From positions 13,888,001 through 13,952,000 of the forward strand of contig OZ024751.1 in assembly GCA_964016885.1 (NCBI GenBank): a stretch of DNA of 64,000 nucleotides, in the 5' to 3' direction. Numbering within the stretch: position 1 is the first letter of the stretch; the number at the start of each line of letters is the position of its first letter. The position numbers and the translations under genes are program-made. Below, in pieces: positions 1 to 12,222 of the stretch. The stretch comes from Eledone cirrhosa. Its lineage: Eukaryota. The notes under the pieces are model-generated. The model saw nothing but the letters and a program-made list of their open reading frames with translations, was not told where the DNA came from and did not search any database.

Positions 1-950
1 ACATATTGCCCGACGCTCTACCGATACTGCCAATCGACCCGAACAATAAAACCCCGCAAGGATGAAAGGCAAAGTTAACCTCGGCGAGATTTGAACTCAG
101 AACGTAAAGGGTCATAACTCTATGCCACAAAACATATTGCCCGACGCTCTACCGATACTGCCAATCTACCCGAACAATAAAACCCCGTAAGGATGAAAAG
201 CAAAGCTAACCTCTGCGGTATTTGAACTCAGAACGTAAAGGGTCATAACTCTATGCTACAAAACATATTGCCCGACGCTCTACCGATACTGCCAATCTAC
301 CCGAACAATAAAACCCCGTAAGGATGAAAAGCAAAGCTAACCTCTGCGGTATTTGAACTCAGAACGTAAAGGGTCATAACTCTATGCTACAAAACATATT
401 GCCCGACGCTCTACCGATACTGCCAATCTACCCGAACAATAAAACCCCGTAAGGATGAAAAGCAAAGCTAACCTCTGCGGTATTTGAACTCAGAACGTAA
501 AGGGTCATAACTCTATGCCACAAAACATATTGCCCGACGCTCTACCGATACGGTCAATCTACCCGAATAATAATTGTTTCTACTTTTGGCACGAGGCCAG
601 CAATTACTCCAGTGCATTACTGGTACTTTATTCTATCGACCCCCGTAAGGATGAAAGGCAAAGTTAACCTAGGCGGGATTTGAACTCAGAATGGCAAGGG
701 CCGTAACTCCATGCGTCAAGGCATGGTGTCCGACTCTCTACCGATACTGCCAATCCACTACCCGGATAATAATTGTTTCTACTTTTGGCACAAGGCCAGC
801 AATACCCCCAGTACATTACTGGTACTTTATTTTATCGACCCCGTAAGGATGAAAGGCAAAGTTAACCCCGGCGGGATTTGAACTCAATGGCAAGGGCCGT
901 AACTCTATGCTGCAAAGCATGGTGTCCAACCCTCTACCGATACTGCCAAA
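1..950 (-). mobile_element. Tandem array of tRNA-derived SINE units (four-plus 131-bp units, then two ~200-bp units)
   Basis: ACATATTGCCCGACGC recurs at 1, 132, 263, 394 and 525 (period 131). The minus strand reads TGGCAGTATCGGTAGAGCG (A-box like) ... GAGTTCAAAT(C/A)CC (B-box like). The same family recurs at 50435-50612 and 52970-53340. Confidence 0.75.
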
Positions 951-958
951 CCCGGTAG

Positions 959-1012
959 GTATTGAAGAAGAACATTCCAGATGAAATGTCATGGTCCGCC
1001 ATGATGAAGGAG
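959..1012 (+). CDS. Speculative 54-nt host exon (VLKKNIPDEMSWSAMMKE)
   Basis: Non-repetitive stretch bounded by AG| and |GTGGGT, open in phase 0. The acceptor pyrimidine tract is poor and no homology was recognised. Confidence 0.2.
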
Positions 1013-1175
1013 GTGGGTTGATGTTGTTTTCTATTGTTCATGAGAAGTTTGAACATGTAGAAACAAGATGGAATCAATTGGCTATTTATAGCTAAGCTGT
1101 TGAATGACGTTTTGTTTGTTTGGTTGTTTACTTGAGGGGGTGTTGGTGGTGGCGTTGGTAGTGTTGGTCGTGGTG

Positions 1176-1207
<32 letters not shown>

Positions 1208-2110
1208 AGTGGCATATAGAACCTTTAAATTCTAGGCCTAATCATAACTATTAGCTGTATCATGCCTCCCTCTACTTAAACAAATCCCCCTCCTGTGTAA
1301 ATTAATAGCAATAGTTTGGTATAACGATGGCCTAACGACGATGGCTGACTTCCCACTAGCACACCTGAAGCCTGGAATACATTCCTAGAGTGCTTGGAAA
1401 AATTGATTTCCATATCTTTCGCTAGGCTGAATGGCTGACACGTGGTTAGGATGGGCTGGCCGGAGTTTGCAGTCGCCACATGCTGTTTGACTGCTAAACA
1501 AGGACATAATCTTTATTCTACATCCCACTCGGATAACTTATCGAGGATCTCTATAGTACAATTAAAGTTTCTTCATAACTAAACCTCGCAACCCAAAACC
1601 TTAAAAAAATGTTTAAACTGTTTAATTTTCAATTTTCTAATTTTTTTATTTTATAATGTTAATCTTTAATTTTTTTTAACTTCATCCTATAAATCTAAAC
1701 AAAAATTTAAAGTTCCAATCTTCTGTTCACACATTATACCATGTAGACCCCCACGATATATACCTCTGTTATAATATATACCTCTGTTAAGATACGGGTC
1801 TTTTAGAATAACTTTTTTTCGCGGCATTCCTAGCATGACATTAATGCTGACTTTTCTTCCTCTTTCTTTCTGTCTTTTTTCTTGTAGCATGACATTAACG
1901 CTGACTTTTCTTCCTCTTTCTTTCTGTTTTTCTTCTCTTTGACCGGGAGGTTAGGAGCACACTATAAGGTTTAACACCCTCACCAGATAGCCTTAAGTAG
2001 GCCGAATGGCCAGCACTTGAGGGCGACCGGCTAAAGTGGAAGATGCTAGATGGTCGGTCGTCCTCGGGTCCACGATTTTCAGCCCCATGGATTTTATCTG
2101 TTACATTCAT

Positions 2111-2187
2111 TTATTATATTTCGAATACCTGATGATATCACCGGATTCATACGGAACCCGGTCATTGAAATGACCATAGTATAATAA
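2111..2187 (+). ncRNA. Type I hammerhead ribozyme in a PLE-type terminus
   Basis: atac CTGATGA [ccggattc..gaacccgg stem II] GAAA tgacca TA gtat, with an outer ttatt/aataa extension. Confidence 0.7.
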
Positions 2188-2326
2188 ACCTTTCAATGGT
2201 TTACACGTGTCCAGCCTCCTGTTATTTTATTATAATATATATATATAGTTGAAAATGAACGAACAAAACACTGGAGGCAATTGTACACAGTTATATTTTG
2301 TTAACGATTGGTGGAAGTGGATGAGG

Positions 2327-2362
2327 TTTCAACGTTTCGGACATAAGTCCTTCATCAGGAAA
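2327..2362 (-). ncRNA. Minimal type I hammerhead ribozyme
   Basis: Minus strand: tttc CTGATGA a ggac-ttat-gtcc GAAA cg TT gaaa. Stem III region is the palindrome AACGTT. Confidence 0.7.
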
Positions 2363-2397
2363 GTTTGGATCGGGGGAGGACGGGAACTTCGAGAGGG

Positions 2398-2442
<45 letters not shown>

Positions 2443-3031
2443 AAGAGAGAGAGAGAGAAAGAGTGAGAGAGGGTGAGAGAGAGGGGGAGGGGGATACAGG
2501 GTCCTAAACGCTGACATTCCATCCTTTACAAAACGATAAAAACAAATTGCAAGTCACCGCTATTGGCTCCAGAAATGGTAATGTCCTGGGCAAGTGTCTT
2601 CTACCATAGCTAAGAGTATACCAATGCAGTGGGAGTGGAACTTGGTGAACGGAAAATGCAGAAGGACGTCGTTATTATAATCATATATATATGTGAGTGA
2701 GTGTGAGAGTGTGTGTGTGTCCATGTTTAAGTTTACGTCCCGTCAACTAACGGTCCGATAAAACATACGAGGATACGATAAGCAACAATCAAACTTGCAA
2801 TACAAGTAGTTGAGGTCGATATGACCTTGTATATTTTAGACTATAAATCTAGGCGGTGACCCAGCACAGTTGCAGTCAACTGAATGAGGAAAAAATATAT
2901 AAGATGAGAAAGAATATATATGTATGTATGTATAAATATATAAATATATATATACACACACATATATATGTATAAATATATGTGTGTGTGTGTGTGTCTA
3001 TGTGTATGTATATATTTCCTTGTCCACACCT

Positions 3032-3084
<53 letters not shown>

Positions 3085-3365
3085 TCTATATATATATATA
3101 TATATATACATATATATACATATATATAACAACTAGAAATTGTTTAACATATAAATAAACATATGAAACAGGTGATAATTTTTACAAGTGTGTAAGCACA
3201 CATAGCTAGGTAGGTAACTAAATAAATAAAGTTAACTAGAACTTAGATACCTTATAATAAATTCATTTTGATTTATCTTAATTTTGGATATAGATATATA
3301 CATATATATATATACATTTATATATATATATACATATATATATATATACATTTATATATATATAC

Positions 3366-3400
<35 letters not shown>

Positions 3401-3578
3401 CATATATATACATTGTTATACTTTGGGAGGGTCATGTTGCCAATAAGAAACACACGCACCAGTTGTCTCACTTCAATTTATTATATATTTATTTATAAAT
3501 TTATAAATTTACAAATTTACAAACTTATAAATTTCTGGTTGGTTGGTTGGTTCCACAACCAGATAGTTGTTTATATAT

Positions 3579-3623
3579 AGTCATAGTTCTTTCGTCACAC
3601 ACTCTGTGACCTCTTCAGTGACT
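3579..3623 (-). ncRNA. Type I hammerhead ribozyme
   Basis: Minus strand: agtca CTGAAGA g gtcaca-gagtg-tgtgac GAAA gaac TA tgact. Stems I and II pair perfectly. Confidence 0.85.
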
Positions 3624-3823
3624 GGGGATTTCTTTCTTTGTTTCTGTGCCTCTCCTTTGTTCTGTCCTACGCCATTTTGTTTCTGTGTGTGCGTTGTGTG
3701 CTCAGTCTGCGCATGCGCCACATCCGGGTGTCTGTGTGTGTTTATGTTCATTTATCTATTTGTTTATTTACATGTTACTGGTTGGTTGTTTGTTCTATGT
3801 GTGTGTGTGTTTTCATTTTGTCC

Positions 3824-4519
3824 TTAATTGTAAGTTGTGATGTTGCTGTTCCACTCATATTTTCTATTTAATTTTGGTTGTAATTCTTTTATGTTTATTG
3901 CCTCTGTAATTTGTCTAAACATTGCGTCTTTTCTGTGTGTAGATTCTATTTTTATTTCTATGTTCTCTAATTTACCCTTGTGTTCTATCTTAGCATGTTG
4001 GTAGAGTACAGATGATTCTTTATTATCTTGAAGGTCTCGCCAGTGTTCATTTATCCGTTCCCCTACATTACGAGCTGTCTCACCTATGTACACTATATTT
4101 TTGTCTCTACATTGTCCTTCAGTACATCTTATGCTATACACTACATTTCTAGTTTTACAGTTAATATGGGGGCTTATTTTACAGGTTATATATTTCTTAT
4201 CTATACATGAGGGTCTTTGAAAAGGGTATGTCTTGCTAATAAGTGTTTTTACGGAGGTACCTGGTCTTTCTACTATCTTAATATTGAGTTTATGTTTATT
4301 TAGGGCCCTACTAAATTTGTAAGCTAGTTCGCCTCTAGGGGTTGTATCGATGAACATTACACTCTGGTATTTATTGCTATCATACCATGAGTTTATTCTA
4401 TTAGCCTTGTTCCTAGTTCTTTCTATTCTATTCCAAAATTTGCTCCTATACAAGGGGCAGGTCCCATTTATGTCATTATTTACCATTTTTTCCCATTTGG
4501 TTCTGGCTCCTCTATACAC
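3824..4519 (-). pseudogene. PLE thumb/linker plus GIY-YIG endonuclease fragment
   Basis: NVVYSIRC...YIGETAR...RINEH...HAKIEH...EAINI...LNRKYEW matches the PLE GIY-YIG signature. The RT core is absent. Confidence 0.88.
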
Positions 4520-4958
4520 TGTATTCTATAATAAATATAGAATACATTAACCAATACACAGTCACCCAATCACGAACACACATCAAACAAAACACTATAC
4601 ACACACGCAAACGCATGCGCAAAGAAGACAAAATAAAATAAACAAATAAATAAATATATAAACAGACTAAAAAAAGATGGCGTAAAACATACAATGCAAC
4701 GGGAGGAAACAATAGCACCACTGACGATGTTGCAGATGTGCAACGAAAGAACTTTGATAAACTATATATATATGTGTTTGTGTCTATATTGTATCTGTAT
4801 TATTTTTTACCGTTGGTCAGTCAATGGCCACATTGAGGACCGAATAAATTAGATTACCGATATAAAAGACACAGAAGCGAAAACTAACCAAACAGTGAGT
4901 GTGTTCTGTTATTAATTCTGGCAATATTACACAAATATGACCCTCCCCAAGTATGACT
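4520..4958 (+). mobile_element. Related PLE 3' terminus in opposite orientation
   Basis: Shares GCATGCGCA, ATGGCGTA, an HHR with GAAAGAACT and the terminal TGACCCTCCC(C)AAGTAT module with the reverse complement of 3410-3820, but is clearly diverged. Confidence 0.7.
4712..4764 (+). ncRNA. Type I hammerhead ribozyme (weak stem I)
   Basis: CTGACGA t gttgca-gatg-tgcaac GAAA gaac TT. Stem I is only partly paired. Confidence 0.6.
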
Positions 4959-5861
<903 letters not shown>

Positions 5862-5991
5862 TGGAAAGTTATATTTAAATTGTTGGGTTACAACTAGTAA
5901 ATATTTATAACTGATATAAAAGCACTCGACAAATATTTGGAGTATATTTACAATATTAAATAAATGGAAACTATATTTATAAAACCATATT

Positions 5992-6057
5992 TATTTCATT
6001 ATATATATTTCAGGGATAACATATTAACAATATGCTATGCCTTCCTCAGACAAAATA
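5992..6057 (-). ncRNA. Type I hammerhead ribozyme (family C)
   Basis: Minus strand: tattttgt CTGAGGA agg..atagcatatt/aatatgttat..cct GAAA tatata TA atgaaata. Confidence 0.8.
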
Positions 6058-7489
6058 CAATATAAACAGTTTTATAGATAAATAGATAAATAGATTCGAC
6101 ATACCGTAACAACATCTACTTGCGTTTGAAAAGGTTGATTAGGTAGTGACAAAATTGTACACAGAGAGAAAGAAAGAGAGAGAGAAAGAGAGAAAAAAGA
6201 AAAAAAGAAAAAAAGAGAGAAAGGAAAGAAAGACAGAAAACGAAGAAAAAGAAGAAAAAGAAGAAATGCATGGAACAGAATAGAGAGATGGAAAGATAGA
6301 TAAAGAGAAGAACTTCATGTAAAGAAACAGAAAGAGATATATATATATATAGAGAGAGGAAATAGAGGTAGATACATATATATAGAAAGCTAGGTAGTGG
6401 GACGTCTGTTGAATAACGTATCAATGATACATTTATTTATTTATTTATTTATTTAGCTCTAGTATTAATGTAAGGGAGATATATGGAGAGAAACCAGCTG
6501 TTATATAGGGAGAGAAAAAAAAATATAGAGAGAGAAAGAAAATAGAGAGAGAAAAAGTAGAGAGAGAAAAAATTTAAAAATAACCAGACACAGGCGAGGC
6601 GAAAAACCTCTGTTTTAATGTAGAGGTATTAGTATTTACAAAACCAGCCTCTACATTGTAAATATCAGTATTCCTGAATGAGATATGTATCCACAATGTG
6701 TGAAAAATTAATGATCTTATGTTTAGTTTTTTTTTTAAATTCATATGTTTATGTGATAATTACAAACATCTATGTGAATCTACATGATCAAATTCTGCAA
6801 ACCCTAAGTTCACGGAAAGTATTCTCAATGCGGTATAAAAATTCAAGTATACATATATGTGTATATAGAGTCAATATTACTATTTCTGTCTCTACTCTAC
6901 AAGATTATCTATCAAGCAAATAGAGCAGATTTCAATATACCAATAAAAATAAAAATATATCGGAAACAAAACTAAAAATAACAATAATAATAATAAGTAA
7001 TAATAAAATAGAAAACTAAGAAATATTACGAAAGAATATTACATATTAAAAATATTACATATTAAAAAATTTACATATTAAAAATATTAAAAATAAAAAT
7101 ATTAGGAAATACTACAATAATAAAAATAAAATAAACCACAAAGAACAACCCTTCAAAATTAATTGACAATATATTGCCAAGTTCATTATAAACATCAGAG
7201 TCGAAAAACAGATAAAGCCAAAAATTATCTATCAAATCGCATCTAGCAAAGATCATTTCAAAAAGTATAGGATGCCCAATTTGGTCTACATGTGTTCTTA
7301 TATTTAATATAGAAGTTTATCTAGTGTAACGTTTATTCGAAATATTTGGAGCATCAACTTTTAGGGTAGCTTAATTTTTCATGAAGAATGTTTAAATAAA
7401 AATAAATAAAATAAAAATAAAAAGAATAAAAAGAGAATCAAAGATTTATCGGCTAGTTTCCCATATAATTATAAATCAAACTAAATATA

Positions 7490-8887
7490 CTACATTTTAA
7501 ATTTAAATTTATATTTAAACGTTGAGTTTAATCTATGTTTGCAACAACTGAATAAATTTGTCCGTAGATTAAGGGAATTTTTAGATTTTAGTATAAAGAA
7601 TATCTCCTCTGCGCAGAGGTCACATGTCTCAGAGGATGAATTAAAAGGAATCCCTCTTGAGACTATATTCCAAGCCGTCGAATATCTAACGTTATCTAGC
7701 TTAAGTTGCCATAGTACGCCTGATAATGCCGTTGAAGATTTTTTACTTGGATCTGTGAAATAATTCTTGTGGTTATTATAGCGAAGTTTAAATTCCGTCG
7801 ATGTGGAACCGACGTAGTTAAAAGAGTTAGAGTCAGTATTAACATTACAATTGTATACTATATTTTTAACTAAGCAGTTGTTATTTAACGGACATTTAGA
7901 TCTATCTCTACAGTTACATTTGTTAACTTGTATATTATTTATGCTGTTATCACTAGGTTTTAAGTTCCTATTATTTATTCTATTGATATTTTGTGCTAAA
8001 TTTTTGGTGGATGAATAGGTTAATTTAATTGTATGTCTATTGAAAATTGAGTGATATCTATGTGTTCTAGGGAAGCGATTATCAAGAGCTTTAAAAAATA
8101 GTTTAGCGATGTGGGTTTTAATGTTTAGTGAGAAAGGGGGGGCAAACCAAATTATGTTCCTAGTTCTATTTCTTTTTTGGCCTTTGGAATTATTGTAATG
8201 CTTTCTATTATAGTTGTTAAGGATGTTGCCGTAATTAAAAAAGTTGTTACTTTGTTTAGTTTGTCTATCATTATCTATGTATACAATCTTATCAGCATAT
8301 CCTGCTCTAGCTAATGCTTCATTGTAGTATTGGGCTTTTTCGTCGAAAATCTTTCTATTCGACGAGATCCTAGAGATACGTTTTTGGACAGAGTTTACTA
8401 TAGTGTTTTTGACAGATCTGGGGTGGTTAGAGTTAAAGTTTACATAGTTTAAGTTTTCATTCAACTTGTGAAAAGGATAGTGAAGACATGTGTTGAGATT
8501 AACTAGCAATGAAATGCATATTATATTATCGGCTAGGAAAACTTTGATAGAATTTAATGACCAACTATGGACCAGAGCAGATAGGGATAGCAATTGTGTA
8601 ATTTGTTTACATTTTCTATTTAGTTCAGAGTTATTATTATCAATAAGTAAAAGCATGTCGTCTCTATATAAACCTCCGGTAGTACCGGGTATTTTCCTAT
8701 GTAGCGAATTGATTAAAAATAAGCCCACAAGGTCAGTTACCTGGGCTGAGTCGGATGATCCCATAGTAATGTCAAAATTGCTATCCCTATCTGCTCTGGT
8801 CCATAGTTGGTCATTAAATTCTATCAAAGTTTTCCTAGCCGATAATATAATATGCATTTCATTGCTAGTTAATCTCAACACATGTCT

Positions 8888-8888
<1 letters not shown>
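7490..8888 (-). pseudogene. PLE RT (partial) plus GIY-YIG with an internal inverted duplication
   Basis: FDITMGS.DSAQ, GLYRDD, SNHP, WFAPPFS, CNC-x5-CPL-x3-C, IVY...YVGST, CDLC..E, LN.R....CKH. The N-terminal YIYI part of the called ORF is microsatellite. Confidence 0.92.
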
Positions 8889-8920
<32 letters not shown>

Positions 8921-9094
8921 GTATATATATATATGTATATATATATGTATATATATATATATGTATATATATATGTACATATATATATGTATATATATAT
9001 GCATATATAACTTTGAATAACTTTGAAATGTTTTGGCCAGTATTGGCCCAGGCCATGTCTAACTTAATAGCACCACCTGGCGAAGTCTTTCAAT

Positions 9095-12000
9095 TCAGGA
9101 TTTGGGCACCATGGCCCATTCGAGAAGAGAATTACTGTTTGCGGAGACATATCCGGGTGTGGGTGGTTTGTCCGGGATTACTTGGAGGAATTTGTCCAAA
9201 GACTTCTTGAATTTTGTGTGGTCAGTTTCTGTTTTGACGTGTCCTGGTGTGATGTTGAAGAGAGCAGGGCCGATTGAGGTGAAATAATTGTGCCGTATTG
9301 TTGTTATGAGTTGCGATTTAGATTTTTGAATGGGACGGATAGCACGGGGCCCAAGCCTTGGGTGTATCTTGAAGGCGATGCCAACATCATTTGGGCAGTG
9401 ATGATGGAACATTTTCCACATCATGCAGATAATATAACGCTCACGGCGACGTTGGAGTGAGTAAAGTATCAGGTTTTCTAATCGACCCCAGTAGTCAAGG
9501 TCTGACATGCCATCTATCTTTTTCGTGATTGCCCTTTGAGGAGCTTCAAGTTTCATGATACTTTGTTTCGTGTGGGGAGACCACAGTGGACAACAGTATT
9601 CAAGGTGTGGTCGGGCAAAAGTAGAGAAGAGAAGGATAATGGTGCGGGAATCCCTCGACTGGAAGGTTCTGAGGATCCAGGAACACATTCTGCGGGCCAT
9701 GTCAACTTTGCTGCTTATATGCGTGGTCCAGCTTATGTTGCTGTCCACGGTTACTCCCAAGTCTCTGATGTTGTTAGATGCCACGAGAGTTTCCCCGGAG
9801 GGAAGGGAGTACGGGAGTTTCAGAGCATCCTCTTTTCCAAAGTGGATCAGTTCGAATTTGTCTTCGTTCAGTAACATGTTGTTCTTTTCTGCCCATTGGG
9901 TAACAGCCAGTAGGTCTGACTGAAGGCTTATCCGGTCATCCACGCCATTGATGACCTTTTGGAGCTTGGAATCATCAGCGAAAATTTTAATGTTGCTGTG
10001 TTTGATGATGTCAGTGATGTCATTAATATAGATGATGAAGAGAAGTGGGCCCAACACAGTGCCTTGTGGGACCCCACTACTGACTTTGGCTGGGCTTGAT
10101 TTGACTCCCTCAACTACAACATGTTGGGTTCTGTTTGACAGGAAGCTCTTGATCCACTGCAGCAGCTTTCCAGTGACACCAATATTGGACAGCTTTCTCA
10201 GTAGAATGTTATGATCAACCCTGTCAAAGGCCTTGCTGAAATCAAGGTAGATAACATCAGTGTTGGAACCCTCTCCCAAGGCTCTCAAAATGTCATCAAA
10301 GTGATGCAGTAGCTGCGTCAGGCAATCCCTTCCATTACGGAATCCATGCTGGTTGGAGTTCAGCATATTGTTACTCTCAAGGAAGTGGGTCATTCGCGAT
10401 CTCACCACTCTCTCATGATATGAGAGGTGAGTGAGATTGGACGGTAATTCACGGCAAGGGATTTGTTTCCCTTTTTGAAAACTGGGACAACAGACTGGGA
10501 TAGAAGGTTTTCTGGCACATATCCAGCATCTAGTGAGTTCCGCCACAGATTGGCAAGAGGAGATGCAAGTTGGTGTTGACATGCCTTCAAGACACAAGCA
10601 GGGAACCTATCGGGACCTACTGCTGAATTATGCTTGATTTCCTTTATTGCCGCCAAGACATCAGGGGCGCCAAACGTTATGTCCGATAAGGTGTAATGGG
10701 GAGTAACATCGCCGATACAGCCCAGATCGGCCATATCAGGATTGCTGAAAACAGAGCAGTATTGTTTCTGCAGTATCTCACCCATGGTTTTAGCATTGTC
10801 TTGAAGAGTGCCATTTTCATCAATTAGAGGGCCAACAGTAGAGCCAGTGATTTTGTGTTTTTTTGCAAATGAAAAGAACACTTTGGGATTGAGTTTGATC
10901 TTCTCAATGGCCCAGGCCTCTTCAGCTCTTCTCTGATTGTTGATGAGGGACATTATGTTGTTTTGGAGGTTATGTTTTTTAATCTCTAGTGATGAAATGG
11001 CAGTCAAGTTGATGTGTTGCTGCTGACAGTATTTCAGCTTGTTGATTTTTTTGTTCGTTCTCTTAATTTTTCTGATGAGCGTTTTTCTATTTCTAGGGAT
11101 TCTGCTCTTAGATTTGTTTATAGTTCTTAATGGGGTGTGTTTAGCACATATGTTTGTAACAGTGTCCACAAATGTCTGCCAGGACTTTTTGATGTTAGTG
11201 GGTGTATGAGTGTGCGTGAAGGACCAGTCGACATGTGCAAGATCATGACTGATCGCTTCCCAGTTTGCATTGTGGAAATCCATAGCGTCAAACGGATGGA
11301 CAGGAGAGATGACATTGGGTTTGTATATTGGACGGTGGAATCTCAGATCACAGAGAACCATGTCATGATCAGAGAGTAGAGTTTTCTCCACTGCAATATT
11401 GTGGATATTGTCAGTGTGATTGCTGAAAATTAAGTCTAGGACGTTTTTGTGGCACCTCGTTGGTTCGAGCACCAGTTGGGATAGGAAGAAATCATCCATG
11501 AAGTCAAGAAGCGATTCCACAGCTTCCCTGTCAGAGGTTGAGGCAGAAGAACCTGGTGGCAGGCTGTTTGTGGACCAGTCAACTCCGGGGAGGTTGAAGT
11601 CCCCCATCATTAAGATGTTGTCAGGGTGACACTCTTGGATGAAACACTTTATGCTGTTGAGGCATTCCTTGAAGCATCGTACAGGCGTTTGGGGTGGCCT
11701 ATAGAGCCCAACTACTAATAGGTTGTTGGTTTGACTGAATACAGTGACTGCTTCACAGTATCCATTAGTGAATATGTTCATAGCCTCTGTTGAGAAAGAA
11801 TTATGGACATAAATGGCAGTTCCGCCCTTTCTTCTGCCAGCGCGATCAGCACGGATGGCTTTGAAATTTTTCACTTTCACCTCGGCTTCCAAGTGGAGGT
11901 TACTGAGATGGGTTTCAGTGAGGACGAAGAAAGGGATGTGGTTTGGATGGACATCAATCCAGTCCTCCAGGAATTTGATCTTCCATTTTTGAGTATTGGT

Positions 12001-12222
12001 GGAAGGGCTGATGCCTTGGGCGTTAAGAAAAAATGTAGAGGCGAGAGTGGATGGTTTTAATTGTTTTGGTGTGTTGTTAATTTGTTTGTTTGTTAATGGC
12101 AGCAATGGGAGTTTGTGCAGTGGGGTGATAGTGGAGGGTGGTGCTGGGTGATAGCTCGAATGTTTTTTTCCAGTTCTTTTGCCAGATTCATTATGGCTAA
12201 AAAAGAGGAAGAAGTTTCCTGT
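9095..12222 (-). pseudogene. LINE ORF2: AP endonuclease plus reverse transcriptase, with one frameshift near 10414
   Basis: APE motifs LNAQG, LTETHL, GLYRPP, GDFN, LDL, SDH. RT motifs YRPISLTS, QHGF, LDFSKAFD, SGVPQGTVLGP, FADD, DLGV. RPISLTSHI and ERVVR lie in different frames, consistent with a short deletion. Confidence 0.95.

Larger units (their letters stand above)
3410..4519 (-). mobile_element. 5'-truncated Penelope-like element (GIY-YIG end plus 3' terminus), possibly Neptune-like
   Basis: GIY-YIG ORF at 3824-4519, followed by an HHR at 3579-3623 and a terminus abutting (TA)n. Confidence 0.85.
5862..8888 (-). mobile_element. 5'-truncated Naiad-like PLE with long 3' UTR
   Basis: RT/EN frame at 7490-8888, HHR at 5992-6057, terminus at 5862 and (TA)n on both sides. 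Linking the UTR to the ORF is an inference from orientation. Confidence 0.8.

Noticed and set aside
934-1215. Pro/Thr-rich 93-aa ORF
   Set aside because: Its N-terminus is a (GGT/GTT)n microsatellite; no support as a gene.
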